Shown here: positions 1-6,973 of the stretch, one piece after another | Layout: each line of letters begins with the position of its first letter | How positions within the stretch are numbered: position 1 is the first letter of the stretch | Virus record (IMG/VR): IMGVR_UViG_2609459794_000003 | Reading direction: 5' to 3' (one strand) | DNA: 19,084 nucleotides | From: a virus | Taxonomy: Duplodnaviria; Heunggongvirae; Uroviricota; Caudoviricetes | Made by a program: the position numbers and the translations under genes | Notes under the pieces: model-generated | What the model saw: only the letters and a program-made list of their open reading frames with translations | What the model was told of the DNA's origin: nothing | Databases searched by the model: none

Positions 1-42
1 TGAACCGCCCCGGGTTTCCTGGAGAGTGTTTTATCTGTGAAC

Positions 43-933
43 TCAGGCTGCCAGATCATCGTTTCCGATGGAAGCATAATAAGCTTTTTCTGCTTCTGCC
101 GGAGGAGTATGGCCCAGCCTTTCCAGCAATCGTCGATTGTTATACCAGTCCACCCACGTGAGTGTGGCCAGTTCCACTTCTGCACGGTTTTTCCAGCTCT
201 TACGGTGTATTACCTCCGCTTTGTAAAGACCATTGATGCTCTCCGCCATCGCGTTGTCATACGAGTCGCCTGTACTTCCTGTTGATGCCAGTAATCCGGC
301 TTCCTTAAGCCGCTGTGTGTAGGCCAGCGATACATACTGAGAACCTTTATCACTGTGATGGACCGTGCCGGACGGTCGACGGGCCCATAACGCCTGCTCC
401 AGTGCATCCAGCACGAATGTCGTTTCCATGGACGATGAGACCCGCCACCCCACGATGTATCCGGCAAACACATCAATGATGAACGCCACATAGACGAAGC
501 CCCGCCATGTGCTGACGTAAGTAAAATCAGCCACCCACAGCTGGTCAGGTCGTTCTGCCACGAACTGACGGTTTACGCGGTCGCCTGCGGCAACGGCTTT
601 CCGGCTGATGGTCGTACGGACCTTTTTACCCCGGAGAACACCGGCAAGTCCCATAACCGCCATGAGACGTGCCACAGTGCATCTGGCCACTCTGATACCT
701 TCCCGTAACAACTGACGCCAGACTTTACGCACACCGTATACCTTGTGATTTTCATCGTATACGCGCTGTATCTCTTTCTTCAGCCAGTCATCGCGCTGCG
801 CACGGGCACTGCGTTTATCCGGATGATGTCGCTGTTGCTGACAGTGGTAATACGTTGACGGGGCAATATGTAGTTCACTGCATACCGGTCCGACCCCGTA
901 CAGCTTACGCAGCTTATCCAGCAGTGGCATCAC
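43..933 (-). CDS. IS3-family transposase OrfB (DDE catalytic domain), probably expressed as an OrfAB fusion by -1 frameshift
   Basis: 296-aa ORF with retroviral-integrase-like DDE region (...WVADFTYV..., ...HHSDKGSQY..., ...[15 protein letters not shown]...). It overlaps orfA by a few nt in the -1 frame next to an A-rich stretch (GGAAAAAG). Confidence 0.9.
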   Translation of the reverse strand: MMPLLDKLRKLYGVGPVCSELHIAPSTYYHCQQQRHHPDKRSARAQRDDWLKKEIQRVYDENHKVYGVRKVWRQLLREGIRVARCTVARLMAVMGLAGVLRGKKVRTTISRKAVAAGDRVNRQFVAERPDQLWVADFTYVSTWRGFVYVAFIIDVFAGYIVGWRVSSSMETTFVLDALEQALWARRPSGTVHHSDKGSQYVSLAYTQRLKEAGLLASTGSTGDSYDNAMAESINGLYKAEVIHRKSWKNRAEVELATLTWVDWYNNRRLLERLGHTPPAEAEKAYYASIGNDDLAA

Positions 934-1256
934 TTTTTCCAGAGGCGGTCGAACTCCGCCTTCGCAAAATAAGCGGAAGCCTGGCGAAGGATATCGTTAC
1001 TGCGGCGCAGTTCACGATTTTCACGTTCCAGCTCTTTCAGACGCTGACGTTCAGCGGTGGTGAGCCCTCCATCACCGCCCCCGGTATCCCGCTCATGCTG
1101 GCGAACCCAGACACGCAGAGTCTCCGGCGTACAGCCAATCTTTGGAGCAATGGAACAAATTGTCGCCCATTGTGAGTCATATTCGCTCTGACTTTCCAGA
1201 ACCATACGGACTGCCCGTTGACGGACTTCGGGGGAAAAACGAGTATTTTTAGTCAT
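930..1256 (-). CDS. IS3-family transposase OrfA (HTH DNA-binding subunit)
   Basis: 108-aa [22 protein letters not shown]...[36 protein letters not shown], typical IS3-family OrfA with HTH and leucine-zipper-like C-terminus. It ends ...TGGAAAAAGTGA, overlapping the orfB start. Confidence 0.9.
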   Translation of the reverse strand: MTKNTRFSPEVRQRAVRMVLESQSEYDSQWATICSIAPKIGCTPETLRVWVRQHERDTGGGDGGLTTAERQRLKELERENRELRRSNDILRQASAYFAKAEFDRLWKK

Positions 1257-1307
1257 CCTGTTTACCTCTTTCTCAGGAAGTTTAGTCTCCAGGATTCCCG
1301 GGGCGGT

Positions 1308-1443
1308 TCAGTAAGGAGATTTTGGCTTGGTTGGATCTTTACGTGTTGCCTGTAGGCGGCCTGTTCGTATCCAGTTGGTGGCGGTTGGTCTGGATATCTT
1401 AAGAAACTGACAGGCCTCATCGAGTGTGAGGCTGTATGATTCC
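1308..1443 (-). pseudogene. xis: Xis/AlpA-type excisionase, 3' end truncated by the IS insertion
   Basis: 45-aa ORF MESYSLTLDEACQFLKISRPTATNWIRTGRLQATRKDPTKPKSPY with a GAGGT RBS 5-6 nt upstream. The HTH resembles phage excisionases, and the stop codon TGA is the reverse complement of the last three bases of the IS (1308-1310). Intact homologues are usually 60-80 aa. Confidence 0.55.
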
Positions 1444-1695
1444 ATGGTTACCTCTGCTTTTTGAACGCATGTCACGTAACTTCTTAATGTGTTCTGCCGT
1501 TTCGATCTCTTCTGCTATCCGATCTGCATCAGCTTTATTCACAGGTTCAAAGTCATGATTAAAGCGGAACATGCTGGCGATACATGTTCTGCCTTTTCGG
1601 ATGTAGTGAACTTTGTTGTGGGTAGAACGCAGGATTTTGCAGGGAGTGCCGTGGTGGTCGACGTACCAGGTGTTAGGGTAAATCACTCTGAACAT
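1417..1695 (-). CDS. hypothetical phage protein (92 aa)
   Basis: ORF in the leftward early operon; its start overlaps the end of the upstream 110-aa gene and its end overlaps the xis start by 26 nt. No family recognised. Confidence 0.4.
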   Translation of the reverse strand: MFRVIYPNTWYVDHHGTPCKILRSTHNKVHYIRKGRTCIASMFRFNHDFEPVNKADADRIAEEIETAEHIKKLRDMRSKSRGNHGIIQPHTR

Positions 1696-2005
1696 TCTTG
1701 ACCTTGTGTTGTGCGGATTGATATTCAGTGCTGATATTCACCTTTATAGCGAACACCTTTACCGGTTTATCGCCAAAGTGTGGATGTGTGATTGTCTTCA
1801 CTTCATATCCGTCATACGGAACATCAATTCTGCGACTGGAATCGTCGCGCTTCGGATATCCCTTTGTGATAATCAGGCGGTCATACTCCCGGAACATAAT
1901 TCGCTTATTCCAATAGTCATTACACAGGCGATACTCCTCCGTTTTCTCTCCGCGAATCATGGCATCGAAAAATTCACTTTTAACAGGAAGTTGCAGGTTA
2001 GCCAT
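1673..2005 (-). CDS. hypothetical phage protein (110 aa), possibly PUA/ASCH-like
   Basis: ORF MANLQLPVKSEFFDAMIRGEKTEEYR...; its ATG overlaps the TGA of the upstream TraR-like gene (TGATG). Domain assignment is a weak guess from the N-terminal motif. Confidence 0.45.
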   Translation of the reverse strand: MANLQLPVKSEFFDAMIRGEKTEEYRLCNDYWNKRIMFREYDRLIITKGYPKRDDSSRRIDVPYDGYEVKTITHPHFGDKPVKVFAIKVNISTEYQSAQHKVKNVQSDLP

Positions 2006-2226
2006 CACTTAATCCCCCTTTGTTTGCGGATAAGCTCCAGATCTTGCTGGCAACTGGCGCAAGTTCGACAACCCTGAACGGCTAGGCGTCTTCGTTCATC
2101 TATCGGATCACCACACTCACAACAATGAGTGGCAGATACAGCTAGGTGGTTCAGGCGGCGCATTTTTATTGCTGTGTTGCGCTGTAATTCTTCTATTTCT
2201 GATGCTGAATCAATGATGTCTGCCAT
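2005..2226 (-). CDS. TraR/DksA-family C4 zinc-finger protein (phage-encoded)
   Basis: 73-aa ORF with the CxxC...CxxC motif (CCECGDPIDERRRLAVQGCRTCASCQ) typical of TraR/DksA-like proteins, a family that includes lambda orf73-type proteins. Confidence 0.8.
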   Translation of the reverse strand: MADIIDSASEIEELQRNTAIKMRRLNHLAVSATHCCECGDPIDERRRLAVQGCRTCASCQQDLELIRKQRGIK

Positions 2227-2279
2227 CTTCCATTAATCCCTGAATTGTTGGTTAATACGCTTGAGGGTGAATGCGAACA

Positions 2280-2303
2280 ATAAAAAAGGAGCCTGTAGCT
2301 CCC
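2280..2303 (-). terminator. putative intrinsic terminator inside the leftward early operon
   Basis: On the minus strand: GGAGC-tacag-GCTCC followed by TTTTTTATT (plus-strand stem arms at 2288-2292 and 2298-2302, A-run at 2282-2287). Confidence 0.5.
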
Positions 2304-2324
2304 TGAGGATTTTGCTTTTCATGT

Positions 2325-2540
2325 TCACCGTTCCTTAAAGGCGCCGTTTAACATACCGATTGCCAGACTTAAATGAGTCGGTGTGAATCCCATCAGCGTT
2401 ACCGTTTCGCGGTGCTTCTTCAGTACGCTACGGCAAATGTCATCGACGTTTTTATCCGGAAACTGCTGTCTGGTTTTTTTGATTTCAGCATTAGCCTGAC
2501 GGGCAATGCTGCGAAGGGCGTTTTCCTGCTGAGGTGTCAT
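2325..2540 (-). CDS. hypothetical phage protein (71 aa)
   Basis: ORF MTPQQENALRSIARQANAEIKK...; its ATG overlaps the TGA of the upstream 27-codon ORF (ATGA coupling). The listed 104-aa ORF is this gene plus an upstream extension in the same frame. Confidence 0.5.
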   Translation of the reverse strand: MTPQQENALRSIARQANAEIKKTRQQFPDKNVDDICRSVLKKHRETVTLMGFTPTHLSLAIGMLNGAFKER

Positions 2541-2620
2541 TGAATAAGTCCCATGTCGGCAAGCATAAGCACACAAAATATGAAGCCCGCTGCCAGAAAA
2601 ATGCATTCCGTGGTTGTCAT
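2537..2620 (-). CDS. putative 27-aa hydrophobic (single transmembrane-like) peptide
   Basis: ATG ACA ACC ACG GAA TGC ATT TTT CTG GCA GCG GGC TTC ATA TTT TGT GTG CTT ATG CTT GCC GAC ATG GGA CTT ATT CAA TGA = MTTTECIFLAAGFIFCVLMLADMGLIQ. GGGAGG sits 4 nt upstream of the ATG, and the ATG overlaps the methyltransferase stop while its own stop overlaps the next ATG (ATGA at both ends). Confidence 0.35.
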   Translation of the reverse strand: MTTTECIFLAAGFIFCVLMLADMGLIQ

Positions 2621-3174
2621 GCAGCCTCCCGACGGGCAAGAATCCTTGAGCCGAACGCCATCAACTCTCCACGATCAACGGTCGTAAAGTGGCAGTGTGT
2701 ACGGGGGTATGCGTGCCAGATAATGAGCATCGAGCCTTTATTATTTCCACTGACGGGTTTCTCAGTGAGTGGGTTAATAAATGCCAGTCGTCCTGCCGTG
2801 ATGAATCTGACCTCACTGGCGGTTTGTATCGCTTCATGAAACCATCCGACAGATGTGTCAGCAGGCAATAACATTACACATCCCACACTACTGAATTTGT
2901 TTTCAGTGGCTGCCTTTTTCACAAAAGGGGAAATATTGCTGTATGGTGGATTCAACCAGACATAACCAGAGGCATATCCCATTGCTTCAGGCCATGAAGT
3001 GGTTAATGTGTTCTGCTCCTGTGAGATAAAAAGCCGACATAGTCGGTTTTTTTCGCTGGCGGCAGCATCAAGTTGAAAAACGAACTCTGCATTAAGCGCA
3101 GCAAAAATCTCTGGTGGTGTGCGCCAGCTGTCGCGATGTTCGGCAGGAGTATTGCTTCCGGTGAAATCAGTCAT
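2617..3174 (-). CDS. phage-type DNA N6-adenine methyltransferase (Dam family)
   Basis: 185-aa ORF with the NPPY catalytic motif (GYVWLNPPYSN) and the N-terminal ...DSWRTPPEIFAALNAEF... pattern typical of small phage Dam methyltransferases. Confidence 0.85.
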   Translation of the reverse strand: MTDFTGSNTPAEHRDSWRTPPEIFAALNAEFVFQLDAAASEKNRLCRLFISQEQNTLTTSWPEAMGYASGYVWLNPPYSNISPFVKKAATENKFSSVGCVMLLPADTSVGWFHEAIQTASEVRFITAGRLAFINPLTEKPVSGNNKGSMLIIWHAYPRTHCHFTTVDRGELMAFGSRILARREAA

Positions 3175-3328
3175 ACAGCCCCCGTTTATTATTTATCTCC
3201 TCAGCCAGCCGCTGTGCTTTCAGGGGATTTCGGATAACAGAAAGGCCGGGAAATATCCAGCCTCGCTTTGTAACGGAGTAGACGAAAGTGATCGCGCCTA
3301 CCCGGATATTATCGTGAGGATGCTTCAT
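3167..3328 (-). CDS. possible small ORF (53 aa) bridging exo and the methyltransferase
   Basis: ATG overlaps the exo stop (ATGA) and the last codons overlap the methyltransferase start (ATGACTGA). Translation [53 protein letters not shown]. No homology recognised; it is below the 60-aa cutoff of the ORF track. Confidence 0.3.
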   Translation of the reverse strand: MKHPHDNIRVGAITFVYSVTKRGWIFPGLSVIRNPLKAQRLAEEINNKRGLYD

Positions 3329-3920
3329 CGCCATTGCTCCCCAAATACAAAACCAATTTCAGCCAGTGCCTCGTCCATTTTTTCGATGAACTCCGGCACC
3401 ATCTCGTCAAAACTCGCCATGTACTTTTCATCCTGCTCAATCACGACATAATGCAGGCCTTCACGCTTCATCCGCGGGTCATAGTTGGCAAAGTACCAGG
3501 CATCTTTTCGTGCCACCCACATGCTGTACTGCACCTGGGCCATGTAAGCCGATTTTATGGCTTCGAAACCACCGAGCCGGAACTTCATGAAATCCCGGGA
3601 GGTAAACGGGCATTTCAGTTCAAGGCCGTTGCCATCACTGCATAAACCATCGGGAGAGCAGGCGGTGCGCATACTTTCGTCGCGATAGATGATCGGGGAT
3701 TCAATAACATTCACGCCGGAAGTGAACTCAAACAGGGTTCTGGCGTCGTTCTCGTACTGTTTTCCCCAGGCCACTTCTTTCCTGAGCGGGGCTTTGCTAT
3801 CACGTTGTGAACTTCTGAAGCGGTGATGACGCCGAGCCGTAATTTGTGCCATGCATCATCCCCCTGTTCGACAGCTCTCACGTCGATCCCGGTACGCTGC
3901 AGGATAATGTCCGGTATCAT
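3325..3920 (-). pseudogene. exo: lambda-type exonuclease (Red alpha) disrupted by an ~85-nt internal deletion and frameshift
   Basis: Two overlapping ORFs in different frames together match lambda Exo as recalled: N-terminal [51 protein letters not shown] (3711..3920) and C-terminal ...[19 protein letters not shown]...FVFGEQWR (3325..3852). The span is 596 nt versus 681 nt expected for a 226-aa Exo; the junction is at about 3767-3773. Confidence 0.8.
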
Positions 3921-4702
3921 GCTGCCACCTTCTGCTCAGTGGCTTTCTGTTTCAGGAATCCAAGAGCTTTCACTGCTTCGGCCTGTGTCAGTTCTGACGA
4001 TGCGCGAATGTCGCGGCGAAATATCTGGGAACAGAGCGGCAATAAGTCGTCATCCCATGTTTTATCCAGGGCGATCAGCAGAGTGTTAATCTCCTGCATG
4101 GTTTCATCGTTAACCGGAGTGATGTCGCGTTCTGGCTGACGTTCTGCAGTGTATGCAGTATTTTCGACAATGCGCTCGGCTTCATCTTTGTCATAGATAC
4201 CAGCAAATCCGAAGGCCAGACGGGCACACTGAATCATGGCTTTATGCCGTAACATACGTTTGGGATGCGACTGCCACGGCCCCGTGATTTCTCTGCCTTC
4301 GCGGGTTTTGAATGGTTCGCGGCGGCATTCATCCATCCATTCGGTAACGCAGATCGGATGATTACGGTCCTTGCGGTAAATCCGGCATGTACAGGATTCA
4401 TTGTCCTGCTCAAAGTCCATGCCATCAAACTGCTGGTTTTCATTGATGATGCGGGACCAGCCATCAACGCCCACCACCGGAACAATGCCGTTCTGCTTAT
4501 CAGGGAAGGCGTAAATTTCTTTCGTCCACGGATTAAGGCCGTACTGGTTGGCGACGATCAGCAATGCGATGAACTGCGCATCGCTGGCATCACCTTTAAA
4601 TGCCGTCTGGCGAAGAGTGGTGATCAGTTCCTGTGGGTCGACAGAATCCATGCCGACACGTTCAGCCAGCTTCCCTGCCAGCGTTGCGAGTGCTGTACTC
4701 AT
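3917..4702 (-). CDS. bet: Red beta single-strand annealing protein (lambda Bet)
   Basis: 261-aa [40 protein letters not shown]... matching lambda Bet along its full length as recalled; its stop overlaps the exo ATG (ATGA). Confidence 0.95.
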   Translation of the reverse strand: MSTALATLAGKLAERVGMDSVDPQELITTLRQTAFKGDASDAQFIALLIVANQYGLNPWTKEIYAFPDKQNGIVPVVGVDGWSRIINENQQFDGMDFEQDNESCTCRIYRKDRNHPICVTEWMDECRREPFKTREGREITGPWQSHPKRMLRHKAMIQCARLAFGFAGIYDKDEAERIVENTAYTAERQPERDITPVNDETMQEINTLLIALDKTWDDDLLPLCSQIFRRDIRASSELTQAEAVKALGFLKQKATEQKVAA

Positions 4703-4707
4703 CCGTT

Positions 4708-5004
4708 TTATACCTCTGAATCAATATCAACCTGGTGGTGAGCAATGGTTTCAACCATGTACCGGATGTGTTCTGCCATGCGCTCCTGAAACTCAACATC
4801 GTCATCAAACGCACGGGTAATGGCTTTTTTGCTGGCCCCGTGGCGTTGCAAATGATCGATGCATAGCGATTCAAACAGGTGCTGGGGCAGGCCTTTTTCC
4901 ATGTCGTCTGCCAGTTCTGCCTCTTTCTCTTCACGGGCGATCTGCTGGTAGTGACGCGCCCAGCTCTGAGCCTCAAGACGATCCTGAATGTAATAAGCGT
5001 TCAT
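4708..5004 (-). CDS. gam: Gam, host RecBCD nuclease inhibitor (98-aa short form)
   Basis: [60 protein letters not shown]... matches the lambda Gam core. AGGAGG lies 6 nt upstream of the ATG, and an in-frame stop about 20 codons upstream precludes the long lambda-style N-terminal extension. Confidence 0.9.
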   Translation of the reverse strand: MNAYYIQDRLEAQSWARHYQQIAREEKEAELADDMEKGLPQHLFESLCIDHLQRHGASKKAITRAFDDDVEFQERMAEHIRYMVETIAHHQVDIDSEV

Positions 5005-5079
5005 GGCTGACCTCCTGAAAATGGCTGTGAAAATATCGCCCGCGAAATGCCAGGCTGATTAGGAAAACAGGAAAGGGGA

Positions 5080-5370
5080 TTAGTGATTCAGGCCGTTACC
5101 GCGTCCGTCGAGAAAAACTTCCACGAGCAAATCACGGGTATAAGTGCGCTCGATGCCGCGATGCAGATAAAGCCGTCCGCGTAAATTAGCTGATGCAGTC
5201 CAGGTACCATCTTTGTGTTTGACCAGCATTCCTGGCATGACCGCACCTCGATTAACGGTCTGCGTTCCATAATGTTGATGAACCATAAAAACTCCTGCCC
5301 GTAAGCTGGGCTGCTGAACATATAGAGACTTCTGCGCGTATTCAGGCGGTGGATGGCCGCCGGTTGTCAT
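5080..5370 (-). CDS. hypothetical protein in the kil/cIII position (96 aa); coding status uncertain
   Basis: Only sizeable ORF between pL and gam; GC-rich, moderate RBS (GAGG about 11 nt upstream). An alternative 77-aa frame (5088..5321) exists, so this call is weak. Confidence 0.35.
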   Translation of the reverse strand: MTTGGHPPPEYAQKSLYVQQPSLRAGVFMVHQHYGTQTVNRGAVMPGMLVKHKDGTWTASANLRGRLYLHRGIERTYTRDLLVEVFLDGRGNGLNH

Positions 5371-5559
5371 AACTAAGCCGCCTCGTTGAAGCGACTAAGG
5401 TATGAAATGTTGAGTTAATTTCAGCTGGTCACACCGACGTTCACGCGTCCGTTTCACCCCTCGCACTCCCCGAAGCCTGCTGAAATTCAAACTGCGGATC
5501 TAAGCGGTCATCGCAACGGTGAATCAGGTAGTTGCCGTATCGTTGTGTTGTTGCGATGA

Positions 5560-5625
5560 ACTTATTTAAAACTATAGTTGTTTTATCGTCAACAACAAAA
5601 GTTGTTTTATTGGTTGTTTTAGATA
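5560..5625 (-). promoter_or_regulatory. putative pL promoter with OL operator half-sites
   Basis: On the minus strand: -35 TTGACG (plus 5587-5592), 17-nt spacer, -10 TTAAAT (plus 5564-5569). It is flanked by repeated GTTGTT / AACAAC motifs and is nearly identical in layout to the pR region. Confidence 0.5.
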
Positions 5626-5727
5626 TAACTGGTTGTATTTAGGATGGATTTATTTTGTGACTTGAATCGCATAGCGATAACTGAAGCGAGGTTATGGTGG
5701 TTTTTTTAACGGTGTGTGATGAGGGGA

Positions 5728-5758
5728 GGGCAAAAGAAAACCCGGCACGGTGACCGGG
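5728..5758 (-). terminator. putative intrinsic terminator downstream of cI
   Basis: On the minus strand: CCCGG-ucaccgug-CCGGG followed by TTTTCTTTTG, about 120 nt downstream of the cI stop. Confidence 0.5.
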
Positions 5759-5879
5759 ATTCTTACGCCGTTAGGTAAAGATATTATTGCGGTGGCTTAA
5801 TATTACTACCTAGAGCAAAGATAGGAATTAGTTCTTTACTGAATGAGCACAATGCCCAGTTGATAATTTTTAATTGGTA

Positions 5880-6569
5880 CTACCCATGCTTCCTATATGT
5901 CTGCGGCATGCTCCCAATAACCTTACCGAAGATGAACACCCGGTTCATCTCGTCTTTCTCGATCGGGTCCCACGGTGAGTAGCTTTTGTTATCAGAGATG
6001 ACCAGCAGCTTATCCTTCATCATTTGCAGGCGCTTTACATGGGCTGTGTCGTCGTACAGAAACGCATAGATACCATCACCGTCGAAAGATTTAACTGTGA
6101 TATCAACGAACAGCAGATCACCTGGTTCGATCGTTCCTGACATGCTGTCACCACGCACGTTAATGATGCGGATATTTTCCGCCTTCCTACCATCGAACAT
6201 GTGACGAGCATCGTCAAACGAGTACTCAACCGAGCGTAGAACTTCTACAAACTCACGGTTGATGACTCCCGGCCCAGCACTGACTTCTATATCAAGAACG
6301 TCAATCTTGAAGTATTTGGAATGGCTGACAGTTGATTGTATTGGTTGCACTGTACTGTCTGACATATTTCCAACGCCAGAAGATAACCATTCTGCGCGCA
6401 CACCCAAAGCGTTCGCGATCTCCACGATTTTAGTTGTTTGATTAGCTTTCCCTGTTTCGATTTTCTGAATAGCAGCCTGGCTAACCCCGACCAAATCCCC
6501 AAGCGCCTTTTGTGTAAGGCCTCGCGCTAATCTGGCTTCTTTAAGTCTTTCTGAGAGTGTTGTTTTCAT
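5880..6569 (-). CDS. cI: CI-type prophage repressor (N-terminal HTH plus C-terminal S24 LexA-like autopeptidase)
   Basis: HTH LTQKALGDLVGVSQAAIQKIETGK; Ala-Gly cleavage-site candidate (EVSAGPG); catalytic Ser in VRGDSMSGT and Lys in AHVKRL. The start is taken at MKTTLSERL (ATG 6567-6569); the listed ORF extends 22 codons further upstream. Confidence 0.9.
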   Translation of the reverse strand: MKTTLSERLKEARLARGLTQKALGDLVGVSQAAIQKIETGKANQTTKIVEIANALGVRAEWLSSGVGNMSDSTVQPIQSTVSHSKYFKIDVLDIEVSAGPGVINREFVEVLRSVEYSFDDARHMFDGRKAENIRIINVRGDSMSGTIEPGDLLFVDITVKSFDGDGIYAFLYDDTAHVKRLQMMKDKLLVISDNKSYSPWDPIEKDEMNRVFIFGKVIGSMPQTYRKHG

Positions 6570-6580
6570 ATTCCAAATGT

Positions 6581-6672
6581 ACAACCAAGGTTTTATTCCA
6601 TCAAACGAAAATGGTTGTTGACTAAAAACAACCATAGTTTTAATCTTGATTCAAATTAACCACGGAGGTTGT
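6581..6672 (+). promoter_or_regulatory. pR promoter and OR operator region (divergent cI/cro control)
   Basis: -35 TTGACT (6618-6623), 17-nt spacer, -10 TAATCT (6641-6646). The perfect 9-7-9 palindrome ATGGTTGTT-GACTAAA-AACAACCAT (6611-6635) overlaps the -35; further GGTTGTT / ACAACC half-sites sit at about 6581-6587 and 6666-6672. Confidence 0.6.
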
Positions 6673-6673
6673 T

Positions 6674-6904
6674 ATGAACCCAGCTATCAAAACAGCGATC
6701 AATATCGTTGGTTCACAAAAGAAACTGGGCGCTGCTTGCGAAGTTTCACAGCAGGCCGTCTATAAGTGGCTTCACAACAAAGCAAAGGTATCCCCTGAAC
6801 ATGTCGGCAGCATTGTTACGGCTACTGGTGGAGTAGTGAAGGCATACCAGATTCGCCCGGATCTTCCGAAGTTGTTTCCACACACCGAAAAGAACGCAGC
6901 TTAA
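6674..6904 (+). CDS. cro: Cro-like HTH repressor
   Basis: 76-aa ORF divergent from cI with HTH GSQKKLGAACEVSQQAVYKW and GGAGG RBS at 6664-6668. Confidence 0.8.
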   Translation: MNPAIKTAINIVGSQKKLGAACEVSQQAVYKWLHNKAKVSPEHVGSIVTATGGVVKAYQIRPDLPKLFPHTEKNAA

Positions 6905-6916
6905 ATTTCCATTTCA

Positions 6917-6929
6917 CGCTCTTTAACAA
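6917..6929 (+). promoter_or_regulatory. boxA-like antitermination element (nutR position)
   Basis: CGCTCTTTAACAA immediately downstream of cro closely matches the rrn/lambdoid boxA consensus (GCTCTTTAACAA). No convincing boxB hairpin follows. Confidence 0.45.
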
Positions 6930-6973
6930 TAAGCAATCAACTTAACAGTCAATTCAAACTAAAGGAGTCAATT

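Larger units (their letters stand above)
1..1310 (-). mobile_element. IS3-family insertion sequence, IS629/IS1203-like, apparently complete 1310-bp copy
   Basis: Imperfect 25-bp terminal inverted repeats: TGAACCGCCCCGGGTTTCCTGGAGA at 1-25 and reverse complement of 1286-1310 = TGAACCGCCCCGGGAATCCTGGAGA (23/25). Two overlapping transposase ORFs on the minus strand in IS3-type OrfA/OrfB arrangement. The IS629 name is from memory of the terminal sequence. Confidence 0.85.

Noticed and set aside
210-1175. Additional ORFs inside the IS element (93, 60 and 106 aa)
   Set aside because: Alternative frames or antisense to the transposase genes; IS3-family elements encode only OrfA/OrfB.
4234-4976. ORFs antisense to or out of frame with bet and gam (83, 158, 90 and 104 aa)
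   Set aside because: They overlap the confidently identified bet and gam reading frames; no independent support.
5088-5321. 77-aa alternative frame in the kil-position block
   Set aside because: Trp/Cys-rich translation typical of an off-frame read of GC-rich DNA; the 96-aa frame was kept only as a low-confidence call.
5370-5880. Search for N antiterminator, cIII or rex genes between cI and gam
   Set aside because: No ORF of suitable size or composition on either strand; reported as an absence rather than annotated.
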